Positions 9,553 through 21,477 of a DNA stretch of 64,000 nt are shown here, in pieces; the stretch's first letter is position 1; every line of letters starts with the position of its first letter. This DNA is from an uncultured delta proteobacterium (GTDB lineage: Bacteria; Myxococcota_A; Polyangia; Polyangiales; Polyangiaceae). The stretch lies in the NCBI GenBank assembly GCA_963696385.1, contig CAVOKF010000005.1, positions 384,001 to 448,000 of the forward strand, given 5' to 3'. A model generated the notes under the pieces. It did no database searches. It was given only the letters and a program-made list of their open reading frames with translations, and was not told where the DNA came from. Position numbers and translations under genes: made by a program.

Positions 9553-12432
9553 CTACGGCGTGGAGTACGTCTCGACGGGTGGGCAGGAACACAAGAGGTG
9601 GCGGTCGCCATGGGCGTTGTTGATACGACCCACCGGGGGCCAGAACTTGCGCATTCGCGTCCAGGGCGCGGGAAAGGCGGCCAGCTCGCGTGGATAGGAA
9701 TGCCTCCACTCCGTTGCCATTACGGCCTCCGCTGTATGCGGCGCGTGCTTGAGCGGGTTGTCTTCGCGAGGAAATCGCCCATTTTCGATGTCGCGGATTT
9801 CCTCGCGGATCGCGATCATCGCGTCGCAAAAACGATCGAGCTCGGCCTTCGACTCGCTCTCTGTGGGCTCCACCATGAGGGTTCCGGCAATGGGAAAGCT
9901 CATCGTCGGAGCATGGTACCCGTAGTCCATCAGTCGCTTGGCGATGTCGTCCACCTCGACGCCGGCGGTTCGCTTGACCCCGCGCGTGTCGAGAATGCAC
10001 TCGTGCGCGACCCTTCCGCGCTGGCCTCGGTAAAAAACGGGGAAGTGTCCGTGGAGGCGCTCCGCCACGTAGTTGGCATTGAGAATCGCTACTTGGCTTG
10101 CCCGCTTCAGGCCCGCTGCGCCCATGAGTGCGATGTACGCCCAAGAAATGAGCAGGATGCTCGCGCTTCCCCAAGGCGCGGCGCTGACCGGGCCGATGCC
10201 TTGCTCGCCGCCGACTTCGACGACCGGGTGCCGAGGGAGGAACTTCGCGAGGTGCTGCGCGACCCCGATGGGTCCCATGCCGGGGCCGCCGCCGCCATGC
10301 GGGATGCAGAACGTCTTGTGCAAATTCACGTGGCAGACGTCGGCGCCCACGTCGGCCGGTCGACACAGGCCGACCTGGGCGTTCAAGTTCGCGCCGTCCA
10401 AGTACACCTGCCCGCCGTGGGCGTGGGCAATGGCGCAAATGCGCTCGATGTCTTCCTCGAAAATGCCGTAGGTCGATGGGTACGTGACCATGAGCGCGGC
10501 GAGCTTGGGCGCATGTTCCTTCGCCTTTGCCTCGAGATCCGCGATATCGACGTATCCTCGGTCGTTGCACGCGACGACGATCACGCGCAATCCCGCCATC
10601 GCGGCGGATGCCGGGTTGGTACCGTGGGCGCTCGCGGGGATGAGACAGACGTCGCGTGCTGCGTCGCCCCGGCTATCGTGGTAGCGGCGGATGACGAGGA
10701 GCCCAGCGAGCTCGCCTTGTGCGCCCGAGTTGGGCTGCAGGCTTATCGCGGGAAATCCGGTGATCTCCGAGAGCATGGCTTCGAGCTGCTGGATGACGAT
10801 CCGGTAGCCGTGCACCTGATCGACGGGAACGAACGGATGGATTCGGGCAAATTGCGCCCACGTGACCGGCATCATTTCGGCGGTCGCGTTGAGCTTCATG
10901 GTGCATGACCCGAGTGGGATCATCGAGTGAACCAGCGAAAGGTCCCTCGACTCGAGCAGCCTCATGTAGCGCAGCAACTCGGTCTCGGATCGATGGCTAT
11001 TGAAGACCGAATGGGTGAGGTACATGCTCGCCCGTTCGAAGCCGCCAATCGCAGACACCGCCTCGCGCGCGAGCTCTGCACAGCTCGCCGCGGCGGGCGC
11101 CCCGTCGCCGAAGACGGTGAGCAGTACGTCCACGTCCGACGCCGACGTCGTCTCGTCGAATGCAATTCCAATCGAACGCTCGCCGATGCGGCGCAGGTTC
11201 ATCCTGTGGGCGCGCGCCCCATGGATCCATCCGTCGATGCGATCGGGTTCGGCATCGACGCGCACCGTGTCGAAGAAGCTCGTGTGGGCGACGCGAACGC
11301 CCAGCTTGCGCAAGCCGAGGGCGAACGACGCTGCCAGTCCGTGAACGCGCTCCGCGATGGCGCGCAGTCCGTCCGGCCCGTGATAGACGGCGTACAGGCC
11401 GGCCACGACCGCCAGCAGCGCCTGCGCCGTACACACGTTGCTCGTCGCTTTTTCGCGACGAATGTGCTGTTCGCGAGTTTGCAGCGCCATGCGTAGCGCG
11501 CGCTTGCCGTGCGCATCCACGCTCACGCCGATGATGCGACCCGGTAGCCTTCGCACGAACTCGGATCGGCAGGCGAAAAATGCAGCGTGGGGCCCGCCGT
11601 AGCCGAGCGGAACGCCGAAACGCTGCGCGCTTCCGACGGCGATGTCGGCTCCGATCTCGCCCGGAGGTACGAGAAGCGTCAGGGAAAGAAGATCGCACGC
11701 CATGGCCACCGTCGTCGCACCCGCGTGTGCCCGTGCGATGAGGTCCCGAAAGTCACGGATCGCGCCGTCGGTTCCCGGGTACTGCAGGAGAATTCCGAAG
11801 GGCTTCCGCGGCCCGTCGAGAGCGTGCGCGGCGTCGCCCACCGCGATGTCGATGCCGTGCGCAGCGGCGCGCGTCCGGAGTACGCCGATGGTTTGTGGAT
11901 GGCACGCGTCCGAGACGAAAAAAAACGGCCGTTGGCCGCTCGTGTTGGACGACGGCGCCATGACGTGCAGCGCCTCCGCGGCTGCAGTCGCCTCGTCCAA
12001 GAGCGAGGCGTTGGCGATTTCCAGCGCCGTGAGATCGCTCACCATCGTCTGAAAATTGAGCAAAGCCTCGAGGCGACCTTGCGCGATCTCCGCCTGATAG
12101 GGCGTGTACTGCGTATACCACCCCGGGTTCTCGAGCACGTTGCGCTGAATCACCGCAGGCGTGATGCAATCGGAGTAGCCCATGCCGAGAAAGCTCCGCC
12201 ATGCCTCGTTCCCGGCGGCGATGGCGCGAAGCTGTTCGAGCAGGTCGTGCTCGGTCTTGGCCGGGGGTACGTCGAGGGGGCGGCTCAGCCGGATCGTGCT
12301 TGGGACCGTTTGCTCGATGAGCTGGTCGAGCGAGCCGGCTCCGACCTCCCGCAGCATTTCGGCAACGTCGGCGTCGCTGGGCCCTATGTGTCGTCGTACG
12401 AAAACATCACTGGGGTCGATAGAGACGGGCAT
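9553..12432 (-). CDS. gcvP: Glycine dehydrogenase (decarboxylating), single-chain P protein
   Basis: [54 protein letters not shown]. Confidence 0.98.
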   Translation of the reverse strand: MPVSIDPSDVFVRRHIGPSDADVAEMLREVGAGSLDQLIEQTVPSTIRLSRPLDVPPAKTEHDLLEQLRAIAAGNEAWRSFLGMGYSDCITPAVIQRNVLENPGWYTQYTPYQAEIAQGRLEALLNFQTMVSDLTALEIANASLLDEATAAAEALHVMAPSSNTSGQRPFFFVSDACHPQTIGVLRTRAAAHGIDIAVGDAAHALDGPRKPFGILLQYPGTDGAIRDFRDLIARAHAGATTVAMACDLLSLTLLVPPGEIGADIAVGSAQRFGVPLGYGGPHAAFFACRSEFVRRLPGRIIGVSVDAHGKRALRMALQTREQHIRREKATSNVCTAQALLAVVAGLYAVYHGPDGLRAIAERVHGLAASFALGLRKLGVRVAHTSFFDTVRVDAEPDRIDGWIHGARAHRMNLRRIGERSIGIAFDETTSASDVDVLLTVFGDGAPAAASCAELAREAVSAIGGFERASMYLTHSVFNSHRSETELLRYMRLLESRDLSLVHSMIPLGSCTMKLNATAEMMPVTWAQFARIHPFVPVDQVHGYRIVIQQLEAMLSEITGFPAISLQPNSGAQGELAGLLVIRRYHDSRGDAARDVCLIPASAHGTNPASAAMAGLRVIVVACNDRGYVDIADLEAKAKEHAPKLAALMVTYPSTYGIFEEDIERICAIAHAHGGQVYLDGANLNAQVGLCRPADVGADVCHVNLHKTFCIPHGGGGPGMGPIGVAQHLAKFLPRHPVVEVGGEQGIGPVSAAPWGSASILLISWAYIALMGAAGLKRASQVAILNANYVAERLHGHFPVFYRGQRGRVAHECILDTRGVKRTAGVEVDDIAKRLMDYGYHAPTMSFPIAGTLMVEPTESESKAELDRFCDAMIAIREEIRDIENGRFPREDNPLKHAPHTAEAVMATEWRHSYPRELAAFPAPWTRMRKFWPPVGRINNAHGDRHLLCSCPPVETYSTP

Positions 12433-12557
12433 GGCGGTGAGCCGCCATCTCTACTGCCGCATGGCGCCCTTTGCCACCGAGTCCAGAGTGCCCTAGCTTC
12501 GCGAGCCCCGTCGTACTAGATGCCGGGCGAGTCCGTCGTCAGTTCAAAGGAGACCCA

Positions 12558-13832
12558 ATGTCCCGCTATCGTTTCACTTCCGAGTCTGTCACCGAGGGAC
12601 ATCCGGACAAGCTTTGCGATCAAGTGTCCGATGCCATTCTCGACGCGATCCTCGCTCAAGATCCACGGGCACGGGTCGCGTGCGAGTCGCTCGCGAAGAC
12701 GGGGATGGTCGTGGTCGCTGGAGAAATTACGACCACCGCGCACATCGATTACCCGAAGATCGTCCGCGAGACTGTGAGCGAGATCGGGTACCTCGGGTCG
12801 GCGACGGGCTTTGATGCGAACACGTGTGCGGTGCTGACGGCCATCGAGCGGCAAAGTCCGGACATCGCCCAGGGAGTCAACGAAGGGGATGGTCTGCATA
12901 AGGAGCAGGGCGCGGGGGATCAGGGCCTGATGTTCGGATACGCCACCGACGAGACGCCCGAGCTCATGCCGGCGCCGATCCAGTACGCGCACATGCTCGC
13001 GCGCCAGCTGGCCGCAATCCGGAAGAAGAAGGTCGTCGACTTTCTGCGCCCGGACGGCAAGACTCAGGTTACTCTCGAATACGAAAACGACGTTCCCGTT
13101 CGCATTGACGCGGTCGTCGTCAGCACCCAACACGACGAAAAGGTCAAGTACAAGCAGCTCCGCGAGGCCATCGTGGATCTGGTCATCGACAAGGCTCTTC
13201 CGAAGAAGCTTGTCGACAAAAACACCAAGCTGCACGTCAACCCGACCGGTCGCTTCGTGATTGGGGGTCCGCAAGGGGACTGCGGACTGACCGGTCGAAA
13301 AATCATCGTCGATACCTACGGCGGGATGGGTCGCCACGGAGGCGGTGCCTTCAGCGGCAAGGATCCCAGCAAAGTCGATCGGAGCGCTTGCTATTACGCC
13401 CGCTATATCGCGAAGAACGTTGTCGCATCGGGGGTAGCAAAGCGCTGCGAGGTACAGGTGGCCTATGCCATCGGCCTCGCCCGGCCGGTGGGCGTGCACG
13501 TGAACACCTTCGGAACTGGCAAGGTTCCCGACGACGTTCTCGAAAAATACATCGTGACCCATTTCGACATGCGTCCCAAGGCGCTCATCGAAGAGCTCGG
13601 GCTTCTCGCGCCGATTTACAAGAAGACGGCCGCTTACGGTCACTTTGGCCGGGCGGAGTTTTCATGGGAGAAGACCGACCGCGCGGCGCAGATCGCGGAC
13701 GCCCTGCTTTCGATCTCGTCGAAGAAAGCGCAGCCGTCCGGTGCGGCCGTCAACGGCGACGCGAACGGTCGCGGCCAACCGCACGTCGAGAAGAAGCCGC
13801 CGCGAAAGCGCGGACTCAGCGCGCAGTTCTGA
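12558..13832 (+). CDS. metK: S-adenosylmethionine synthetase
   Basis: [49 protein letters not shown] upstream. Confidence 0.98.
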   Translation: MSRYRFTSESVTEGHPDKLCDQVSDAILDAILAQDPRARVACESLAKTGMVVVAGEITTTAHIDYPKIVRETVSEIGYLGSATGFDANTCAVLTAIERQSPDIAQGVNEGDGLHKEQGAGDQGLMFGYATDETPELMPAPIQYAHMLARQLAAIRKKKVVDFLRPDGKTQVTLEYENDVPVRIDAVVVSTQHDEKVKYKQLREAIVDLVIDKALPKKLVDKNTKLHVNPTGRFVIGGPQGDCGLTGRKIIVDTYGGMGRHGGGAFSGKDPSKVDRSACYYARYIAKNVVASGVAKRCEVQVAYAIGLARPVGVHVNTFGTGKVPDDVLEKYIVTHFDMRPKALIEELGLLAPIYKKTAAYGHFGRAEFSWEKTDRAAQIADALLSISSKKAQPSGAAVNGDANGRGQPHVEKKPPRKRGLSAQF

Positions 13833-13862
13833 GATCGTCTGCAGCGCTGCGCGCGTGCTCGT

Positions 13863-15767
<1,905 letters not shown>

Positions 15768-16036
15768 CGCGGCAACCCGGCGGAAACGGGATGGACAACG
15801 ACCGTACCTCAAAAATACCGGTCACAGGGGCCTGTCCAAAGCGACGGCGGGTGCCGGTCCTCTCGGTCCCCACGACTACCCGGCGACGTGGACCTGCGGC
15901 AAGGATGATTTTCGCGTCCTCCGAACCGAAATGCGAATGAACCGGGTAGTCGTTTGATTGACGCCTCATGCGTAACTGGGGCATAAGAAGCCGCGTCCTC
16001 GACTTCGCTCGGGACTCGCTGGAGGAGAAAACGATC

Positions 16037-16219
16037 ATGAAGAATATCGGAATTGTCGCGCTTCTCGCGGCCGTGACGTCGCTTGGGGCGCTCGTGGCGT
16101 GCGGCGGTAGCTCACCGCCCGCGAATTCGCCCGACAACAGCGCCAGCAGCGCGGCTGCCCCGTCGGCCGCGCCGGCGGAATCGTCCGCGGCGCCGTCGTC
16201 GACCGCCGCGCCCAAGTGA
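16037..16219 (+). CDS. Small Ser/Ala/Pro-rich lipoprotein (60 aa)
   Basis: GGAGGAG SD at 16021, signal peptide with LVAC lipobox, terminator-like hairpin downstream. Confidence 0.8.
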   Translation: MKNIGIVALLAAVTSLGALVACGGSSPPANSPDNSASSAAAPSAAPAESSAAPSSTAAPK

Positions 16220-16288
16220 GAAGGTGACTTCGGAGTTGCCGTCGGCGGTCAGGCCGTAAAGGTTCTGAGCCGCGCGAGGCCAAGAATG

Positions 16289-16326
16289 GGCGAGGCCGCC
16301 TCCAGGGGCTGCCTCGCCTCATTTTT
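16289..16326 (+). terminator. Probable intrinsic terminator
   Basis: Stem ggcgaggc…gcctcgcc followed by tcattttt, between convergent genes. Confidence 0.55.
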
Positions 16327-16365
16327 GTCCGGCGCTTCAAGATAGGTCCGCGCTGCCACGGACAC

Positions 16366-17529
16366 TCAAAAACTGCCGTAAGCTTGAAGTTCGGCGCCCC
16401 CACGTGGCGTTGGCCCAACCGCGAGCTGAAACGGGGGAGTAAACGACGGCGAGCCCGGTCCGTCGGTCATGTTCGCCGTCAGCACGGCGGCGATGGCCAG
16501 TCCCGCCACGCCGCCCACGGCGTTCGCGATGAATCCGTGGCGCCAATTGTCGCCGCTGCTGCCAAGATAGAAAAAATACACCGGAGTCGTGGCGAGCGTT
16601 CCGAGCACGTCGCCAATCCACATGTAGCGAATCGTCTGCCAAGACGGCACGTAGAGCGTCGACACCACGCCCGCAGCCACGATTCCGACGTTGTAGCCTG
16701 CGAACCCCCAAACCGCGGCACCGTCCTTCCAGTCGCCGCGCACCACGCCCGAGCCAAAGAGGATTCCGTTGAGCGCGCCCCATCCCGCCGCGCTCGTGAT
16801 GAGGCCGAGACTGCGCGGGTCTGGCTGGAGCCATTCGCCGAACGCGTAACCCCCCACGCCGCCGGCAGTGGCCGTCACGAACGTGATCGACGTCCAGCTC
16901 CGGAAGTCCCAGGAATGGGGGCCCCCGTTTCCGGTGACCTGCCACTGCAGCCCGCTGATCGCGGCTCCTTCTACGCCGCCGAGCAGCAAGCCGGTTGCGA
17001 CGGTCGACGGAACGCCGCGATCGAACTCATCGAGTTGATCCCAGGCGTAAAGGCCAATCGGCACGGCAGCGCCGAGCATGGCGGGTGCGATGAACGCGAT
17101 GCCGGGATCCCCCTCTTTGCCGAGTGCGTCGATCCAGATGCCGGACCCGACCCCGTACGCGATGCCCGTTCCGTAAAGAAACGCCATCTCGTCGGCGCTC
17201 CGGTATCGACTGCGGGGGGGCGGGGGCGGTTGCAGTACTGGTGGCGGAAGCGGAAAGGGTGCCGGCAGAGGCTGCGGTCCCGGTGCGTACCCGGGCGTGT
17301 AAACGGGCTGGGGCTGGGGCGGGTAGGCCGGCTGCTGGTTGCCGGCTGGCGGGGCATAGACCGGCGCGGGGGGCGCGGGGTATGGCGAGGGCGGTGCGGC
17401 CGCTGCGGGCGGCGGCGCGTCCGTGGGCGCTGGCGCGGGCGGCGGCGGGTAGGCCTGCGCAACCTGTGCCGAGGCCGTGCCGCCGAGAACGTAAACCATC
17501 GAAACCGAAAGCAGACCCCAAGGGCGCAT
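16366..17529 (-). CDS. Hypothetical exported/membrane protein with Pro-rich N-terminus and Gly-rich hydrophobic domain
   Basis: GGAGG SD, signal peptide ending ASA, Pro/Tyr/Ala tract, Gly-rich helices, C-terminal …AYGSF. Confidence 0.72.
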   Translation of the reverse strand: MRPWGLLSVSMVYVLGGTASAQVAQAYPPPPAPAPTDAPPPAAAAPPSPYPAPPAPVYAPPAGNQQPAYPPQPQPVYTPGYAPGPQPLPAPFPLPPPVLQPPPPPRSRYRSADEMAFLYGTGIAYGVGSGIWIDALGKEGDPGIAFIAPAMLGAAVPIGLYAWDQLDEFDRGVPSTVATGLLLGGVEGAAISGLQWQVTGNGGPHSWDFRSWTSITFVTATAGGVGGYAFGEWLQPDPRSLGLITSAAGWGALNGILFGSGVVRGDWKDGAAVWGFAGYNVGIVAAGVVSTLYVPSWQTIRYMWIGDVLGTLATTPVYFFYLGSSGDNWRHGFIANAVGGVAGLAIAAVLTANMTDGPGSPSFTPPFQLAVGPTPRGGAELQAYGSF

Positions 17530-17548
17530 GGCAACCTCCGTCGATTGT

Positions 17549-18604
17549 TCAGGGTCGGGCGCGCTCGATGGCGCGCAAGTCGAACTCGTAGCCCAATTCG
17601 CGTGCCATGAGGTCACTGACGGCCTGATGAACGGGCTTGCCCTCGTGCAGCACCCAGTAGACCTCGGACGAGATCGGCATGTCGACCTGGAGCTTTCTCG
17701 AGAGCGCATACGCGCTCTTTGCGGCGGGAACGCCCTCGGCGACGTGACCGAGCGTCGCCAGAACGTCCGCCAGGGCCCGCCCTCTGCCGAGCTCCCGCCC
17801 GACCGTTCGGTTCCGGGACAAATCTCCGGTGCACGTCAACACGAGGTCGCCGACTCCTGCCAAACCTGCGAGCGTCAGAGCCGAGCCACCGCGCGCCATC
17901 GCTAGGCGCGCTACTTCTGCGAGACCCCGGGTGATGAGTGCGGCGCGCGTGTTGTGCCCGAAACCGAGGCCTTCGACGGCGCCCGAGGCGATCGCGATGA
18001 CGTTCTTCAGAGCGCCGCCGCATTCCACGCCGACCACGTCGTCGCTCGTGTAAGTCCTCATGTACGCCGTGCGAAGCCTCTTTGCAGCGGCCGTTCGAAC
18101 GCCCGGGTCGAGCGCGGCGATCACGACCGCCGTGGGCGATTGCTGCGCCAGTTCGCGGGCGAAGCTTGGGCCCGATACGAACGCGCAACGCCCGCGCGCG
18201 GATGGCGGAAGCTCGTCTGAGAGAACTTCATCCATGAACATGAGCGACTCATCTTCGATCCCCTTGGTCGCGCCGATGAAGATCGTGCCTTCACCGTCCG
18301 GCCCGATCGGCTGCGTCTTGTGCACGTAAGGTGCCGTCGCGCGGGCGACGTCGCGCGTCGCATGGCTCGGGACGACGAACACCACCGTCATGGCCTCGTC
18401 CAGAGCTCTAGCGAGGTCCACCGTGCACCGCACGTTGGGAGGCAACCTTACGCCGGGTAGATAACGGGCGTTCTCACCCGTCGCGTTGACGGCTTCGCAC
18501 AGCTCCTTGCGCCGGGTCCAAAGCCAGACGTCGTCTCCCTTTTCGGCCAAGAGCTTGGCGAGGGCGGTTCCCCATGCGCCCGCGCCGAGGACCGCGGCCT
18601 TCAT
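17549..18604 (-). CDS. gpsA: NAD(P)H-dependent glycerol-3-phosphate dehydrogenase
   Basis: GAGAWGTALA, SGPSFA, GGALKNVIAI, GDLVLTC, SRNR. Confidence 0.97.
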   Translation of the reverse strand: MKAAVLGAGAWGTALAKLLAEKGDDVWLWTRRKELCEAVNATGENARYLPGVRLPPNVRCTVDLARALDEAMTVVFVVPSHATRDVARATAPYVHKTQPIGPDGEGTIFIGATKGIEDESLMFMDEVLSDELPPSARGRCAFVSGPSFARELAQQSPTAVVIAALDPGVRTAAAKRLRTAYMRTYTSDDVVGVECGGALKNVIAIASGAVEGLGFGHNTRAALITRGLAEVARLAMARGGSALTLAGLAGVGDLVLTCTGDLSRNRTVGRELGRGRALADVLATLGHVAEGVPAAKSAYALSRKLQVDMPISSEVYWVLHEGKPVHQAVSDLMARELGYEFDLRAIERARP

Positions 18605-18664
18605 CGCGTCACGTTATCACCAAGAGTCACGGTGCATCGAAGCGCTCGCGCTATGCTTGAGCCG

Positions 18665-19732
18665 ATGCCCGGGGCTGCGCGCTCGCTGCTTGCCCTCGTC
18701 CTCGTTGGAGTTGCCTCGGCGGGCGGCCCGGGATGCTCGGCGAACTCGATATGCAAGCTCGCCGGTCCCATCAACGATCCGTCCAACCGGACGCTGCGCC
18801 GCGATATCATGAGTTTTGGGCTGGGGGAGTTCTGCGCCCGGATGACGAAACGGAATGCGCCGCTGACGCTGGCGGCCGACGCGGCGGTCATCGGCCGCTT
18901 TTTCCCCCAGCACTGCGCCCAGCGGATGCTCGACAACGGGGATCTGTGGGTGCAGTTCGATGGCTTCGGCTACGCTTGGACGAACCTCTCGAGAAAAGTG
19001 ACGTTCACCTCCGCCGCGACAATCCAGTATAATCAGGATTTCAAGTGCGCCGACGATGACTCGATCTACGCTTACTTCGACACGCGTTTGGTTTCGCCCC
19101 CCGACTTTCGCGTCCTTGGCATCGAGCAGCCCGTAGCGAATCTCGTTCAAAACTGGATCGCCCCGTTCACGGATAATTTCGGCCGGCAAATGGTTTCCGG
19201 TCAACTCGCCCAAGGGTTCACGGTCATCGAGCATACCGGCGGGAGCACGGAATTCAGTGTCGGGCATCTGCCTCTGGGACAGCACCCGACACACCCTTTC
19301 GACGTTCACGGCTCCAACCGATCGACCTACGAAAACCTGCGGACCGAAGTGCACGCGAGCGAGCGGGACTTCATCGGCCCCATCGAGGTTGACGGTTCCG
19401 GTCGCGCCATTTTTCTGCAAATGCATCTCGAGGGAGTTCAGTCGGTCGACGTGTTCGTCGTCCCCAAGGTCGAGGGCGACGCCTCGCTCGCGCTTTACGT
19501 CCAGTACGGTGCTGCCGGACCGCTCGCGTTCGTGCCGCGCTTTTCGGACGTTGTGCGTTTCGGTGTCGAATACCAGCGTGCAGTCCCCGTTCCGCCGGGT
19601 ATGTACTACGTCGTGATCGACAACACGCCTTTGGCCGGACAGGTGGCCCCCCCCCCGGCGCCGCTCTTCGGCGTCCTGGGCGATGCTGCAGCGGTCGTCA
19701 ACTACGCGATTCAGATCGGTGACGCACCGTGA
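18665..19732 (+). CDS. Hypothetical lipoprotein with C-terminal beta-sandwich (PPC/GOLD-like)
   Basis: Hydrophobic signal then GGPGC; PGMYYVVIDN near the C-terminus; stop overlaps the lepB start. Confidence 0.7.
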   Translation: MPGAARSLLALVLVGVASAGGPGCSANSICKLAGPINDPSNRTLRRDIMSFGLGEFCARMTKRNAPLTLAADAAVIGRFFPQHCAQRMLDNGDLWVQFDGFGYAWTNLSRKVTFTSAATIQYNQDFKCADDDSIYAYFDTRLVSPPDFRVLGIEQPVANLVQNWIAPFTDNFGRQMVSGQLAQGFTVIEHTGGSTEFSVGHLPLGQHPTHPFDVHGSNRSTYENLRTEVHASERDFIGPIEVDGSGRAIFLQMHLEGVQSVDVFVVPKVEGDASLALYVQYGAAGPLAFVPRFSDVVRFGVEYQRAVPVPPGMYYVVIDNTPLAGQVAPPPAPLFGVLGDAAAVVNYAIQIGDAP

Positions 19733-21201
19733 AGAGCGACCAATCCAATCCCCCGGATGTGCGTGCGAGTGCTCCGGACGCGGGGGGGGGCGCGAGACGC
19801 ACGAACGGCGCCCCCCCGATCGCTGGCGACCGCCGGGCCGTGCGCGCGGTGGACGAGGCGAACGCCGGCCCGCCGGCCGAACTCGAGACGGCAAAGCGTT
19901 CGCGCCTGCTGCGACTCGTCTACTGGGTGACTTGGTTCGGTCTGCTTCCGACCGTGCTCGCCTCGCTCACGATTTGGTTGCTTTCGCCCGCCGGCGGCGG
20001 CGAGCCGAACGGAGCGCTCGCGTGGATTCAGTCGACCGTCCGCTCGCAGCCGGTACCCGTCGGGATCGTCCTCTTCACCTTGTTCGAGATCGCCCTTTGG
20101 GCCGTCCGTCACGAGCTGCCGTTCGCTCGACATGCACATCCGCCGCAGCGTTCCGACTTGCCGCCACGCCTCCGGGTGACCTTCGAACGGGCCCGGAGTC
20201 TGCTCGACGAAGCCGACATGATTTTGGCAAAGCACGGGGGTGCACTCGCTCGCGAGCTGACGGCGAAGGAGCGCGAACGGCTGCAGTCCGAGCTCGATAC
20301 TCTACGCGAGACGATGGCGCGCGTGCCGTTCGAAGAGCACGAATTCATTGACGCACTCGCCCGCGCCGACGGTGAAATCGACATTCGCCTCGGCCGCTGG
20401 CGCAAGAGCGAGGTGCGCGAATACCTCGAGGCCATTTTCATGGCGGTCGCCGTTGCGTTCGCGCTGCGCGCCTTCGTCATCGAAGCGTTCAAGATCCCGA
20501 GCGGTTCGATGATTCCGACGTTGATGATCGGGGACCACATTTTCGTCAATAAGTTCATCTATGGACCGGCCGTCCCATTCACGCATGCACGACTGTGGAC
20601 GAGCATGCCGCCGAGCCGCGGAGACGTCATGGTCTTCGAGTTTCCGGAGCATCCGGAGCAGGATTTCATCAAGCGAGTTATCGCCATAGAAGGCGACAAG
20701 CTCGAGGCGCGGAGCGGTCACCCGATCATCAACGGGTGGGAAGTTCCGAGCTGTCGCGTCGGCTCATGGGCATACAGCGATTACGACGCGCCGATTGCGC
20801 GTCACGAGGGGGAGCTGTTCGTCGAGTATCTGGGCGGCGTGTCGTTTTTGACATTTTACGATCATTCGTCGGGCATGTTTCCCGAATACCAGGGCCCGTA
20901 CTTCGCCAAGAAGGGCGAAGTATGGGTCATGGGCGACAACCGGAACAACAGCCACGACTCGCGCATGTGGTTCGGCGGTCAGGGTGGGGGGGTTCCTTTC
21001 GACAACATCAAGGGACGCGCCCTGTTCGTGTGGTTGAGCTACAGCGACAACGGCGTCGACTGGTCGCGCGAGGGCGCGCCGGTCATGGGTCGACCGAGAT
21101 TGCCCCCGTCGGCACTCTCGCTGCTGCCTGAGTTCGAGCGGTGCCTGAAGAGCCGTCCGGCCGTAACGACACCGCCAGCGGCCTTGGGTGGGCTCCGGTG
21201 A
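19729..21201 (+). CDS. lepB: Signal peptidase I with long N-terminal extension
   Basis: IPSGSMIPTL..GD, DFIKRVI, MGDNRNNSHDSR. Confidence 0.93.
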   Translation: MKSDQSNPPDVRASAPDAGGGARRTNGAPPIAGDRRAVRAVDEANAGPPAELETAKRSRLLRLVYWVTWFGLLPTVLASLTIWLLSPAGGGEPNGALAWIQSTVRSQPVPVGIVLFTLFEIALWAVRHELPFARHAHPPQRSDLPPRLRVTFERARSLLDEADMILAKHGGALARELTAKERERLQSELDTLRETMARVPFEEHEFIDALARADGEIDIRLGRWRKSEVREYLEAIFMAVAVAFALRAFVIEAFKIPSGSMIPTLMIGDHIFVNKFIYGPAVPFTHARLWTSMPPSRGDVMVFEFPEHPEQDFIKRVIAIEGDKLEARSGHPIINGWEVPSCRVGSWAYSDYDAPIARHEGELFVEYLGGVSFLTFYDHSSGMFPEYQGPYFAKKGEVWVMGDNRNNSHDSRMWFGGQGGGVPFDNIKGRALFVWLSYSDNGVDWSREGAPVMGRPRLPPSALSLLPEFERCLKSRPAVTTPPAALGGLR

Positions 21202-21249
21202 GCCTCGGGTCCCCTGGACGGTCGAGCACGCGCGGCGCACATTGAAGGC

Positions 21250-21477
21250 ATGTGGGCAGGTCTTCGGGCGGCTGGAGGCGGCCTAGCACTGGGCTTGGCG
21301 TTCGGGTGCGGCGCGGCGCAAAGCGCGGCGCAGCGTGATCCGATGCATTGCGAGCGCGATCCCACGTGCGCTCGGTCGCGCGGCGCATACTCCGACTGCT
21401 CCCAGCAGTGCGCCGACAATCCGGAATGCGTCGACCGGTGTCGCGAAGCGCAGATGGACCGCGGACTCGGGCATTGA
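21250..21477 (+). CDS. Small Cys-rich lipoprotein
   Basis: LAFGC lipobox plus six further Cys; TGATG coupling to the next gene. Confidence 0.7.
   Translation: MWAGLRAAGGGLALGLAFGCGAAQSAAQRDPMHCERDPTCARSRGAYSDCSQQCADNPECVDRCREAQMDRGLGH

Noticed and set aside
12433..12557. SAM riboswitch upstream of metK
   Set aside because: No recognisable SAM-I or SAM-II consensus in the short spacer.
17215..17460. Low-complexity GC repeats as an array
   Set aside because: Simply encodes the Pro/Ala-rich tract of the 16366-17529 protein; no repeat-spacer structure.
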